Shown here piece after piece: positions 37,062 to 45,734 of a DNA stretch of 64,000 bases. How positions within the stretch are numbered: the stretch's first letter is position 1; the number at the start of each line of letters is the position of its first letter. The stretch comes from Candidatus Aminicenantes bacterium. Its GTDB lineage: Bacteria > Acidobacteriota > Aminicenantia > Aminicenantales > Aminicenantaceae. Below the pieces are notes generated by a model. That model saw only the letters and a list, made by a program, of their open reading frames with translations. It was not told the DNA's origin and did not search any database. The translations under genes and the position numbers were made by a program. Location: positions 12,327 to 76,326 of the forward strand of contig WJMT01000068.1 in NCBI GenBank assembly GCA_014727835.1. The letters run 5' to 3'.

Positions 37062-37855
37062 TTCTTTTTATTTGTCTCTTTTTGTCTCTTCATTTTATTG
37101 ATATGATAAATCATAAGGAGGCCTTTGAGAACCAGATCAGAATCATGGTGATCAATGCATTCCATCTCATCAAATATCAAAGAGGCGAATCCTCCGGTTC
37201 CAATGACTTGGGCATCTCCACCAAGTTCATTTTTCATTTCCTCGATGATCTTAGAGACCAATCCGATATAACCAAAATACAGCCCGGAATGCATGCTGGC
37301 CACAGTGCTTTTACCGATAGCTTTTTTTATTTTCTGAATATCAATCCTGGGAAGCTTGGCTGTTTTTTGATAAAGAGCTTCAGCTGATATCTGGATCCCG
37401 GGAGCGATCGCTCCACCCAAATATTCCCCCTTGCTCGAGACCGCATCAAACGTAGTGGCTGTTCCAAAGTCCACCACAATGCAGGGAGAACCATAGTGCT
37501 GCCGAGCAGCCACAGCCAGAGCGATCCGGTCAGCTCCCACCTCATGAGGATTATCATAAAGAATGGGCATCCCTGTTTTAATGCCCGGACTCACTTCCAG
37601 CGCTCTCACTTGGAAAAGCCTCTGAATCAATTTTTGAAAAACAGGATTCAAAGGAGGGACCACACTGGATATGATGACTCCCTTGATTCCAGATATGTCC
37701 AGATCAGAGAAGGAAAACAGGTTCATGAGTGTCACCTGATACTCATCACATGTTTTTTCCTTCTCTGCTCTAAACTGCCATCTTTTGATCAACTCTTTGT
37801 CATTGAACACCCCTAAAGCAATTCTGGTGTTCCCGATATCAATGGCCAAAAGCAT
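37058..37855 (-). CDS. coaX: type III pantothenate kinase
   Basis: MLLAIDIGNTRIALGVF, IVVDFGTATTFD and GGAIAPG. An AGGAG RBS precedes the ATG at 37855. Confidence 0.9.
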   Translation of the reverse strand: MLLAIDIGNTRIALGVFNDKELIKRWQFRAEKEKTCDEYQVTLMNLFSFSDLDISGIKGVIISSVVPPLNPVFQKLIQRLFQVRALEVSPGIKTGMPILYDNPHEVGADRIALAVAARQHYGSPCIVVDFGTATTFDAVSSKGEYLGGAIAPGIQISAEALYQKTAKLPRIDIQKIKKAIGKSTVASMHSGLYFGYIGLVSKIIEEMKNELGGDAQVIGTGGFASLIFDEMECIDHHDSDLVLKGLLMIYHINKMKRQKETNKKK

Positions 37856-37966
37856 TTTAAATCTCCTGTTTCCGGTCTTTGCTTCATGATATTGTACCAA
37901 CTCCCTCTTAATTGTGGAAGCTTTTCGCTTTTTTCGTTAATATACAAATTATGAGAGGAGGATGGA

Positions 37967-38872
37967 ATGATAAAATTGAATATAGGCCTTGTGCTGCAGC
38001 CATATACAGGAAATACCGGCTCTCAAGAATTGTCAATCGGTCCTGAACTTCTCAGCAAAGAACTTCAAAAAATCTTAAAACAGCAAAAAATTGAGAATGT
38101 GACCGGCAGAACCATTGGGCTCACATCCAAACAAAAAAAAGAATATGGAGTGTGGAACCGTATGGGACTTGCCAACAGGCACTTGAGCTCTGCGGTCTCT
38201 GGTCTGGTTCAACAAAAAAAAATTATCCTGGGGCTTCTTGGAAACTGCAACAGTTTGAGCGGGATGCTGGCAGGGCTCCAGAATTCAGGCAAGACCAAAA
38301 AACCCATTTCCGTGGGCCTTGTTTGGATGGACGCTCATGGCGATTTCAACACCCCGGAGACCACATTGAGCGGGTGGCTGGGAGGAATGCCGGTCGCGGT
38401 TGCCGCCGGAAAATGCCTTCACAGACTCAGAAAACAGGCAGGCCTTGATCCTCCCATATCCACTCAAAACATTATAATGTTGGGACTGCGGGATCTGGAT
38501 CCTTTGGAACAGCAACTCATCAATGACTCCTCCATCACTGCATTCTCAACCAAACAGATCTTAAAAGACAATCAAAGAATCATGGAATCATTGATCCAGC
38601 TTTCCAATCAGGTCAAAATGATCTACATACATATTGACCTGGATATACTGGATGCAGAGTATATACCGGGACACCATTTCGAGGTCTCCGAAGGTCTGTC
38701 ACCAAAACGCCTCTCGGAAATTATCCGTATGATGGTAAAATTTGAAAAAGTCAAAGCCCTCGGAATCGCTTCTTTTCCCACTACTGACTCCGGACGAAAA
38801 CAAAGCATGGACTCGACCATACAACTCTTCAAAAGCGCCATTCAAGGACTTAGAGAACGAAAAAAGACTTGA
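37967..38872 (+). CDS. arginase/ureohydrolase-fold protein with a variant first metal motif
   Basis: WMDAHGDFNTPETTLSGWLGGMPV (DAHxD) and IHIDLDILD (DxD) are conserved. The usual GGDHS is GNCNS. Confidence 0.7.
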   Translation: MIKLNIGLVLQPYTGNTGSQELSIGPELLSKELQKILKQQKIENVTGRTIGLTSKQKKEYGVWNRMGLANRHLSSAVSGLVQQKKIILGLLGNCNSLSGMLAGLQNSGKTKKPISVGLVWMDAHGDFNTPETTLSGWLGGMPVAVAAGKCLHRLRKQAGLDPPISTQNIIMLGLRDLDPLEQQLINDSSITAFSTKQILKDNQRIMESLIQLSNQVKMIYIHIDLDILDAEYIPGHHFEVSEGLSPKRLSEIIRMMVKFEKVKALGIASFPTTDSGRKQSMDSTIQLFKSAIQGLRERKKT

Positions 38873-38906
38873 CATCTCCCTTGTATAGGACTATATTAGT
38901 CTTATA
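38869..38906 (+). promoter_or_regulatory. sigma70-type promoter overlapped by a 23-bp palindrome (candidate Rrf2 operator)
   Basis: TTGACA (38869-38874), 17-nt spacer, TATATT (38892-38897). The palindrome is TATAGGACTA-TAT-TAGTCTTATA (38884-38906) with the core GACT-ATATT-AGTC. Confidence 0.55.
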
Positions 38907-38924
38907 TAATCCTTGAGAAGGAAA

Positions 38925-39350
38925 ATGGATATCATAAGAAGAAATACAGACTATTCTTTGCGCTTCGCAGTGAATCTGGCCCAAAAGTATGGGAAAAATC
39001 CTGTTTCTGCCCGGATTCTCTCTGAAGAAGAAAAGGTTCCCTATCAACTCACCTGCAAACTGTTGCAGAAACTTCACCATGCTGGTTTTGTGGAGAGCCG
39101 GATGGGACCTAAAGGTGGATATTTTCTGGCGATGGCTCCATCTGAAATCACTTTGACATCTCTTGTTCAGACCATCCAAGGTCCAGTGAGCATCAATCAA
39201 TGTCTGTTTGAACAGCATATCTGTCCCAGACAACCAAACTGCCCCATAAGCAGAAAACTTTCTGAACTTCAGGAGCATATGGATTCATTTTTAAGCCGCA
39301 CCACTCTCGAGGATGTTTGCTCAACTGCCAAGGACACAAAAACAAAATAA
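38925..39350 (+). CDS. Rrf2-family transcriptional regulator with a CX6CX5C cluster motif
   Basis: TDYSLRFAVNLAQKYGKNPVSARILSEEEKVPYQLTCKLLQKLHHAGFVESRMGPKGGYFLA is a winged HTH. Three Cys lie in CLFEQHICPRQPNC. Confidence 0.85.
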   Translation: MDIIRRNTDYSLRFAVNLAQKYGKNPVSARILSEEEKVPYQLTCKLLQKLHHAGFVESRMGPKGGYFLAMAPSEITLTSLVQTIQGPVSINQCLFEQHICPRQPNCPISRKLSELQEHMDSFLSRTTLEDVCSTAKDTKTK

Positions 39351-39364
39351 CAAAGGAGATTCCG

Positions 39365-40198
39365 ATGAAGCGTCAAATCATCAAAATCGATGAACAAAAG
39401 TGCAATGGCTGCGGATTGTGTGTCCCGAACTGTCCTGAAGGAGCCTTACAGATCATTGATGGAAAAGCACGGCTGGTGAGTGACCTGTTCTGCGATGGAC
39501 TGGGCGCTTGTATTAGTGAGTGCCCTGAGGGGGCCATTTCAGTCATCGAGAGAGAAGCTGAGCCCTATGAAGAAGCCAAAGTCATGGAGAATATTATAAA
39601 GGCGGGCCCGAATACCATTCAAGCCCATTTGAAACATTTGAAAGACCACAACCAAGATGAGTATTACGAACAGGCCATCAAGATCCTCAAACAAAAGGGA
39701 ATCCCCATCCCAGAAGAATCAGAACCGGTTTGTGTCTCAGAGGGCTGCCCGGGTCTCAAAGCTGAAAAATTCGAACCTGAAACAACCTCCCCAGAAACCC
39801 CTCCGGCTGAAATAAAATCAGAGCTGCGCCAATGGCCGGTTCAGCTTCATCTGCTGAACCCAAACGCACCTTTTCTGGATAACGCAGAACTTCTCATTTC
39901 AGCAGACTGTGTTCCTTTTGCTTTTGCAAATTTCCATCAAACATTTTTAAAAGGTAAGGTCCTGATCAATCTTTGCCCCAAACTGGACAAGGGCATCAAC
40001 CAGTACGTTGAAAAACTGGCTCAAATATTCAAGACCAAAAACATCCGTTCCATCCATATTGTGCGCATGGAGGTTCCCTGCTGCGGAGGCATCGAATTCA
40101 TCGTGCAAAAAGCTCTGGAAAAAGCGGGCATGACTTATGATATGAAGAAAAGCATTGTCACCATTCAAGGCCATATCAAACAAGGAGCTGTCCAATGA
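39365..40198 (+). CDS. 4Fe-4S dicluster ferredoxin-domain protein with a Cys-containing C-terminal domain
   Basis: CNGCGLCVPNCPEGA and CDGLGACISECPEGA. The C-terminal domain carries ...DCVPFAFANFH...LCPKLD...VPCCGG. GGAG precedes the ATG at 39365. Confidence 0.75.
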   Translation: MKRQIIKIDEQKCNGCGLCVPNCPEGALQIIDGKARLVSDLFCDGLGACISECPEGAISVIEREAEPYEEAKVMENIIKAGPNTIQAHLKHLKDHNQDEYYEQAIKILKQKGIPIPEESEPVCVSEGCPGLKAEKFEPETTSPETPPAEIKSELRQWPVQLHLLNPNAPFLDNAELLISADCVPFAFANFHQTFLKGKVLINLCPKLDKGINQYVEKLAQIFKTKNIRSIHIVRMEVPCCGGIEFIVQKALEKAGMTYDMKKSIVTIQGHIKQGAVQ

Positions 40199-40524
40199 CC
40201 ATTCAAAATGAGTTCAAGGAAAAAAGCCAATCCCTAAAAAATGCAGTGGAGTACTCTCAAGGTTCTGTGGTCAGCAAGACCATCATTGACAAAAAAAGCG
40301 GAACCGTCACCTTGTTCGCTTTTGACAAAGAGCAAAATCTCAGCGAACATACGACTCCTTATGATGCTCTTGTATTGGTCATCGATGGAGAGGGTGAGAT
40401 CATTATCGATCAAAAAACACATCGTGTGGATACAGGCAGTATGATCCTCATGCCTGCTCACAAACCTCATGCTGTAAACGCTTCTTCAAAATTCAAGATG
40501 CTGCTGATTATGATCAAAGATTAA
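40195..40524 (+). CDS. cupin-domain protein
   Basis: A 109-aa protein with VTLFAFDKEQNLSEHTTPYDALVLVIDGEGEI...MPAHKPHAV (cupin motifs). Its ATG overlaps the upstream stop. Confidence 0.75.
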   Translation: MTIQNEFKEKSQSLKNAVEYSQGSVVSKTIIDKKSGTVTLFAFDKEQNLSEHTTPYDALVLVIDGEGEIIIDQKTHRVDTGSMILMPAHKPHAVNASSKFKMLLIMIKD

Positions 40525-40533
40525 GTATTTTCC

Positions 40534-40854
40534 TTAGGACCGGGTTTCTTGATCGATCCAATCCAGATATTTTTGATACCCTTTGACTATGGGAACCGCA
40601 ATGATCTCTGGAAGGTCATAGGGATGAAGCTCCTGAATGATTCTTTCAATCCGGGTGAAAAGTTCTTTTTTGGTTTTGATGAACAGAACAAATTCTTCAT
40701 CCTCTGTGATTTGATCCTTCCACCAATAAAAAGAACGGCCCGAGCTTGAAACAGTGACACAGGCTGCCAATCTTTTATCCACTACTCTTTGGGCCATCTT
40801 CTCAGCCGCTTTTTTTTCTGAAACTGAAGTCAAAACCAGTAGATAAGGATTCAT
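40534..40854 (-). CDS. cutA: divalent-cation tolerance protein CutA
   Basis: Contains KRLAACVTV, YWWKDQITEDEEFVLFIKT and HPYDLPEIIA. Confidence 0.88.
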   Translation of the reverse strand: MNPYLLVLTSVSEKKAAEKMAQRVVDKRLAACVTVSSSGRSFYWWKDQITEDEEFVLFIKTKKELFTRIERIIQELHPYDLPEIIAVPIVKGYQKYLDWIDQETRS

Positions 40855-41609
40855 TTGTCACCTCTCTTGATATCTCTGATATTTAATTCCCCTGATAAAA
40901 AGCGCTTTTCTTTTCCTTTGACCTCAAGAATCATTTTCCCCTCTTTATCCAGACCTTTAAACAATCCAGTCACAGGCTTGCCCCTTGCATTTGCATTCAG
41001 CAGGTCATTGATATGATAAGGGCACGCCTCCAGGTATTGTTTCAATATGTGGTCATCCTTGTTTTTCAGAAAGCGCTGATACCATTTTCCCAATTCACAG
41101 CACACTGACTGAAGGAGCTGGTCTTTATCAATGTCTTTTTGGATGATCATTTCCAGAGAACCTGCATTTTTTTGAAGGTCTGCAGGGAAATCATCCTCAC
41201 TCTGCTTCACATTGATCCCGATTCCAACGATGCTGTGGTTCAATTTTTTCCCGGAAAAACAGCTTTCACAGAGGATCCCTCCGATCTTCCTCCCCTTGTA
41301 CACCAGATCATTGGGCCATTTCAGTTCAATCAAAATACCCAGACTCTGGAAGACCGCATCTTTCACAGCCACAGAAGCCGCGAGAGGGAGCAATGATAAA
41401 TCAGACCTGGACGGAAAAAGAAGCACAGAAAAACAGAGCCCTTTCCCTGAGACGGAATGCCAAATTCTGCCTTTGGTTCCTTTGCCTCTCGTCTGTTCAT
41501 CACAGACCACCACTTCCCCCTGCTGGGCTCCCTTTTTAGCTAATTCCTTAGCAAGGTCATTGGTGGATGGACAACTTTTGATCCGATGAATCTTTTTCCC
41601 GATTTCCAT
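40851..41609 (-). CDS. birA: biotin--[acetyl-CoA-carboxylase] ligase (no N-terminal HTH)
   Basis: Contains QTRGKGTKGRIWHS, KWPNDL and GIGINV. Confidence 0.88.
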   Translation of the reverse strand: MEIGKKIHRIKSCPSTNDLAKELAKKGAQQGEVVVCDEQTRGKGTKGRIWHSVSGKGLCFSVLLFPSRSDLSLLPLAASVAVKDAVFQSLGILIELKWPNDLVYKGRKIGGILCESCFSGKKLNHSIVGIGINVKQSEDDFPADLQKNAGSLEMIIQKDIDKDQLLQSVCCELGKWYQRFLKNKDDHILKQYLEACPYHINDLLNANARGKPVTGLFKGLDKEGKMILEVKGKEKRFLSGELNIRDIKRGDK

Positions 41610-41654
41610 TTAACCTGACCTCATCACAGGAATGATGATGGGTGTTTGTTCTTT

Positions 41655-42236
41655 CTATGTGTTTTTCTCATCCTGCAATTCTTTAAGCACCCCGGCTTTC
41701 ACCCTTTTTTCAACTTCCTTTGCTGCTTCATAAATTTCTTTTTTCACTATATTTCTGATTTGAGTGCTCATTATTTTTTCTGCTGCATCCAATCGTTTTT
41801 GGACGGATCTCTCTATCTCAGCAATTTCATCAAGAGAGGGCTCCTCAGGGAGTGTATCCATTCCCTGTTCTTCTTCCAAAAAGGACCGGATCCTCCGAGC
41901 AACCTCGCCTGAATCAAACGGCACCCGGAATAGACCATGATGAGGAATGTTTGATATTTTGTCTTCATCCAGCTCCTCAAAGGCATTGATCAGAAAGATC
42001 ACCGGAACATCCGAATGGTCTTTGGAGTCTCTCAGGAATTTGGCTACCTCAATCCCGCCCTTTTCCTCTAGAGATATCCCAAGAACAAAAGCATCGGGTC
42101 CAATGTGAGGAATGCTTGTGATGACCTCTTCTCCATTTGAGAAAGAGTAAACATCAAATCCAGATTCCAAAAAAGCTGTACGAAGAGCTTCTGTAACAGA
42201 ACGGCTGGTGTCTGCTATGATTGCTTTGTATGCCAT
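41655..42236 (-). CDS. receiver-domain-like protein lacking the phospho-acceptor Asp
   Basis: CheY-like alpha/beta pattern (YKAIIADTS..., PDAFVLGISLEEKGGIEVAKFLRD, PVIFLINAF, RVPF). Gly stands where the acceptor Asp is expected and Arg where the conserved Lys is expected. Confidence 0.6.
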   Translation of the reverse strand: MAYKAIIADTSRSVTEALRTAFLESGFDVYSFSNGEEVITSIPHIGPDAFVLGISLEEKGGIEVAKFLRDSKDHSDVPVIFLINAFEELDEDKISNIPHHGLFRVPFDSGEVARRIRSFLEEEQGMDTLPEEPSLDEIAEIERSVQKRLDAAEKIMSTQIRNIVKKEIYEAAKEVEKRVKAGVLKELQDEKNT

Positions 42237-42256
42237 ATTTCCTTTATGAAGCTCCT

Positions 42257-45200
42257 TTAATATTGAATAACCACCGCGTCTTCTCCCAACAAAGCCTCCA
42301 GTTTAGTGGTGAGCTCCTCTTTTGGAGTCACTCCCTGGATATCCACAGATTTCACCACCACTTTATAAGAATTTCTTGTCTCCAGTTCAAACATCAATGG
42401 ACAATCGCCGGCGCATGATTTCAAAAGACCTTTCAGTTCTTGGATCACAGATTCTTCCAACCCAGGAAGATGAATTCTGAGCACCATGAGTTTGGCAAGA
42501 TTTTCGATGGCATCGGACAAAAGAAGGATTGAAGACAAAATCAACCGCTGATTGTCATTGTCTCCCATGCATTGGGCTTTGACAAAAACCAGGGAATCCT
42601 CTTGTATTTGATGATAATATTTCTGATAACTATCAGGAAAAGCCACCACCTCACAGCGCCCACTCATGTCCTCCAGAATAAAAGTGGCCATGCGTTCTTC
42701 TCTTCTTGTTTTCAAAGGCTTGACAGAAGTGATGATACCGGCCAGCTTGACCTCAGTGGTGGCACTTTTTTCCTGGCTCAGCTGGCTGATGGAATGGGAA
42801 ACAAGACTCTTAATCCCGTTTCCGTATCGTGCCAGAGGATGTCCGGTCAGATAAAAACCCAGTGCTGATTTTTCATGGGCCAACAGTTCAATCTCATCCC
42901 ATTCCGGCATCCTTTTTACCTCAGAGGGTATATGAGGGGGCTTCATCTGTTTGGTGCCAAAGAGCATTTCTTGATCAGAGGATTTCACATCGTACATATC
43001 GTGGGTGTATTTGATCATGCTTTCCAGCAAACTGTACAGCTGCGCCCTATTCATTCCAAAACTGTCCATGGCCCCTGATTTGATCAAACTTTCAATCACC
43101 TTTTTATTGAAACACTTGGGGCTTGTATTCAGGCAAATGTCATAAGGTGAGTTGAACGGGCCTGTTTTGTTCCTTGCCGTGATGATTTCTTTAACCGGAT
43201 TATCTCCCACATTCTTGATGGCAGACAGCCCGAACCGGATATCATTTCCCTGAACAGAAAAAATCAGGTCGCTCTCATTGATATCCGGAGGCAAGACTCT
43301 GATCCCGATCTCCCGGCATTCATTGATATATTTGACCACTTTGGGGGTGTCTCCTCTTTCGGCTTCTGATGTCAGCAGACAAGCCATAAAATAAAGCGGA
43401 TAGTGAGTTTTCAAATAAGCAGTGTGGTAGGCAAGATAAGCATATGCGGCACTGTGCGACTTATTGAACCCATAACCTGCAAAAAATTTGATCTTCTCAA
43501 AGATCTTCTTGGCATTCTCTTTTTTGACTCCTTTTTTTTGGGCCCCGTCCATAAATCTTTTTTTCATGTCCCGCATCACAGAGGCTTTCTTCTTTCCCAT
43601 GGCCTTACGCAGCAGGTCGGCTTCAGCCATGGAGAAACCCGCAATGTCCGTAGCGATTCGCATCACCTGCTCTTGATAAACAATCAATCCTTTGGTTTCT
43701 TTGAGGATGGGTTCAAGCTCTGGGATGTCATATTCGATATTTTCCGGATTGTTTTTGTTTTTAATAAAATCCTCGGTCATCCCGCTCTGCAACGGCCCTG
43801 GTCTGTGCAGAGCATTCAACGCGATCAGATCACGGAAATTATCAGGCTTGTGTCTGACCAGCAGGTCCTTCATTCCAGAGCTTTCAAACTGAAAGACTCC
43901 GTTGGTCTTTCCTTCTTGAAAGAGCTGAAAAGTCTTTTCATCATCCAAAGGAAGGTGTTCAATATCAATATCTTCACCCAAAGCGGCTTTGACCATATCC
44001 ACGGTATCCTGTATCACAGTCAGGTTTCTCAAGCCCAGAATATCCATCTTAAGAAGACCGAGGGCTTCAATATCCTGCATGGGGAATTGAGTGGTGACTT
44101 CATCCTTAGCTGATTTGTACAATGGCAGAAACTCCACCAATGGCTGGGGAGTGATCACAATCCCTGCCGCATGTGTGGAGGGATGTCTGATCTGCCCCTC
44201 CAAATTTTTTGCCATTGAGAGCAGTTCAGAAACAACCGGATCTTCTTTTTTCATCTTTTTCAATTGAGGGATTTTTTTAGACGCTGCTTCAATGGAAGCA
44301 TCATCACCAATAGGAGGAATCAGTTTGGCCACTTTATCCACTTTGGAAAGCGGAATATCCAGCGCCCTTCCCGCATCCCTGACTGCCTGTCGTGCCGCCA
44401 TGGTGCCAAAGGTGATGATCTGGCAGACATTTTCCTCTCCATATCTGTTTTTGATATAAGCGATCACCTCATCCCTTCGCCGACCACAGAAATCTATATC
44501 AATATCCGGAAGACTGATCCGCTCCGGATTCAGAAACCTTTCAAATAAAAGGTCATATTCCAAAGGATCCAAGGCCGTAATCCCTAAGGAATAAGCAAGA
44601 AGGCTCCCTGCTGCGGAACCTCGCCCCGGGCCAACTGGTATATTTCTGGACTTGGCTTCTCTGATCAGATCCCATACGATGAGAAAATATCCCTCAAAAC
44701 CCATTTCCTTGACCAGCTTCATTTCTTTTTTGATCCGGGTTTCATACTTTTCCCTGGAGGGAAGGTCTCCTTTGTTTATAGAGGAATAAAGGGAATCCAT
44801 TTTCTTTTCAAAACCCTCTGTGACCACTCTTTCAAAATACTCATCCAGGCTGAGTCCTTGTGCGGGTTTGAAATGAGGCAAATGATAACCTTTGGAATCC
44901 AATCCAAATTCACATCGAGCCGCGATTCTCTGGGTGTTTTCCAGTGCTTCGGGAACAGGGTGAAACATGTCTGACATTTCCTCTGCAGACTTCAAATAAA
45001 AGTCCTCGGAACCAAACCGGATCCGATCCTCATCTTTAACTTTCTTATTGGTTTGAATGCAGAGCAGCACATCATGGCTTTCCGCATCCTTCTTTTCCAG
45101 ATAATGGACATCATTGGTTGCCACCAAAGGGATATTCAGTTTCTTGGACATCTGCAGCAGCTTTGGATTGATCTTCTTCTGGTCCCCCAGGCCATGGTCC

Positions 45201-45733
45201 TGTATCTCAAGGAAAAAATTGCCGTCTCCGAAAATTGTCCGGTATTCTATAGCTGTCTGTTCCGCTTCATGGTCAAGGTCCTGAGCCAAATACTCATTGA
45301 TCTCGCCTTTAAGGCAGGCAGACAAACCGATCAGTCCCTCCTTGTGTTTGGAAAGCAGATCTTTATCTATTCTGGGCCGGTAGTAAAAACCTTCCAGATA
45401 ACTCAGGGTTATGAGCTCACAAAGATTTCGGTAACCGATCTCGTTTTGAACCAGCAGCACTAGATGATGATGGTTGGGCACATTAGGGGAGGGTTTTTTG
45501 TGTTTTCGCCCTTTGGGGGCGACGTACATCTCACACCCCAGTATAGGTTTTACTCCGGCCTTCCGAGCTGAATTGAAAAAGGAAACCGCACCAAAAATAT
45601 TGCCGTGGTCTGTGATAGCCACCGCATCCATGTTGAATTCCTTGGCTCTTTGGATCAAAGATTCAATCTTCACAGCGCCATCCAGGATGCTGAATTCCGT
45701 GTGATTGTGAAGATGTATAAACTGAGACTTCAT
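42257..45733 (-). CDS. dnaE: DNA polymerase III alpha subunit
   Basis: PHP domain (FIHLHNHTEFSILDG), polymerase core, OB fold. The ATG at 45733 lies 1 nt after the guaA stop. The ORF-track start at 45808 would overlap guaA. Confidence 0.95.
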   Translation of the reverse strand: MKSQFIHLHNHTEFSILDGAVKIESLIQRAKEFNMDAVAITDHGNIFGAVSFFNSARKAGVKPILGCEMYVAPKGRKHKKPSPNVPNHHHLVLLVQNEIGYRNLCELITLSYLEGFYYRPRIDKDLLSKHKEGLIGLSACLKGEINEYLAQDLDHEAEQTAIEYRTIFGDGNFFLEIQDHGLGDQKKINPKLLQMSKKLNIPLVATNDVHYLEKKDAESHDVLLCIQTNKKVKDEDRIRFGSEDFYLKSAEEMSDMFHPVPEALENTQRIAARCEFGLDSKGYHLPHFKPAQGLSLDEYFERVVTEGFEKKMDSLYSSINKGDLPSREKYETRIKKEMKLVKEMGFEGYFLIVWDLIREAKSRNIPVGPGRGSAAGSLLAYSLGITALDPLEYDLLFERFLNPERISLPDIDIDFCGRRRDEVIAYIKNRYGEENVCQIITFGTMAARQAVRDAGRALDIPLSKVDKVAKLIPPIGDDASIEAASKKIPQLKKMKKEDPVVSELLSMAKNLEGQIRHPSTHAAGIVITPQPLVEFLPLYKSAKDEVTTQFPMQDIEALGLLKMDILGLRNLTVIQDTVDMVKAALGEDIDIEHLPLDDEKTFQLFQEGKTNGVFQFESSGMKDLLVRHKPDNFRDLIALNALHRPGPLQSGMTEDFIKNKNNPENIEYDIPELEPILKETKGLIVYQEQVMRIATDIAGFSMAEADLLRKAMGKKKASVMRDMKKRFMDGAQKKGVKKENAKKIFEKIKFFAGYGFNKSHSAAYAYLAYHTAYLKTHYPLYFMACLLTSEAERGDTPKVVKYINECREIGIRVLPPDINESDLIFSVQGNDIRFGLSAIKNVGDNPVKEIITARNKTGPFNSPYDICLNTSPKCFNKKVIESLIKSGAMDSFGMNRAQLYSLLESMIKYTHDMYDVKSSDQEMLFGTKQMKPPHIPSEVKRMPEWDEIELLAHEKSALGFYLTGHPLARYGNGIKSLVSHSISQLSQEKSATTEVKLAGIITSVKPLKTRREERMATFILEDMSGRCEVVAFPDSYQKYYHQIQEDSLVFVKAQCMGDNDNQRLILSSILLLSDAIENLAKLMVLRIHLPGLEESVIQELKGLLKSCAGDCPLMFELETRNSYKVVVKSVDIQGVTPKEELTTKLEALLGEDAVVIQY

Positions 45734-45734
45734 T

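Noticed and set aside
43403-44113. 236-aa plus-strand ORF
   Set aside because: It is antisense to dnaE. It is a shadow ORF.
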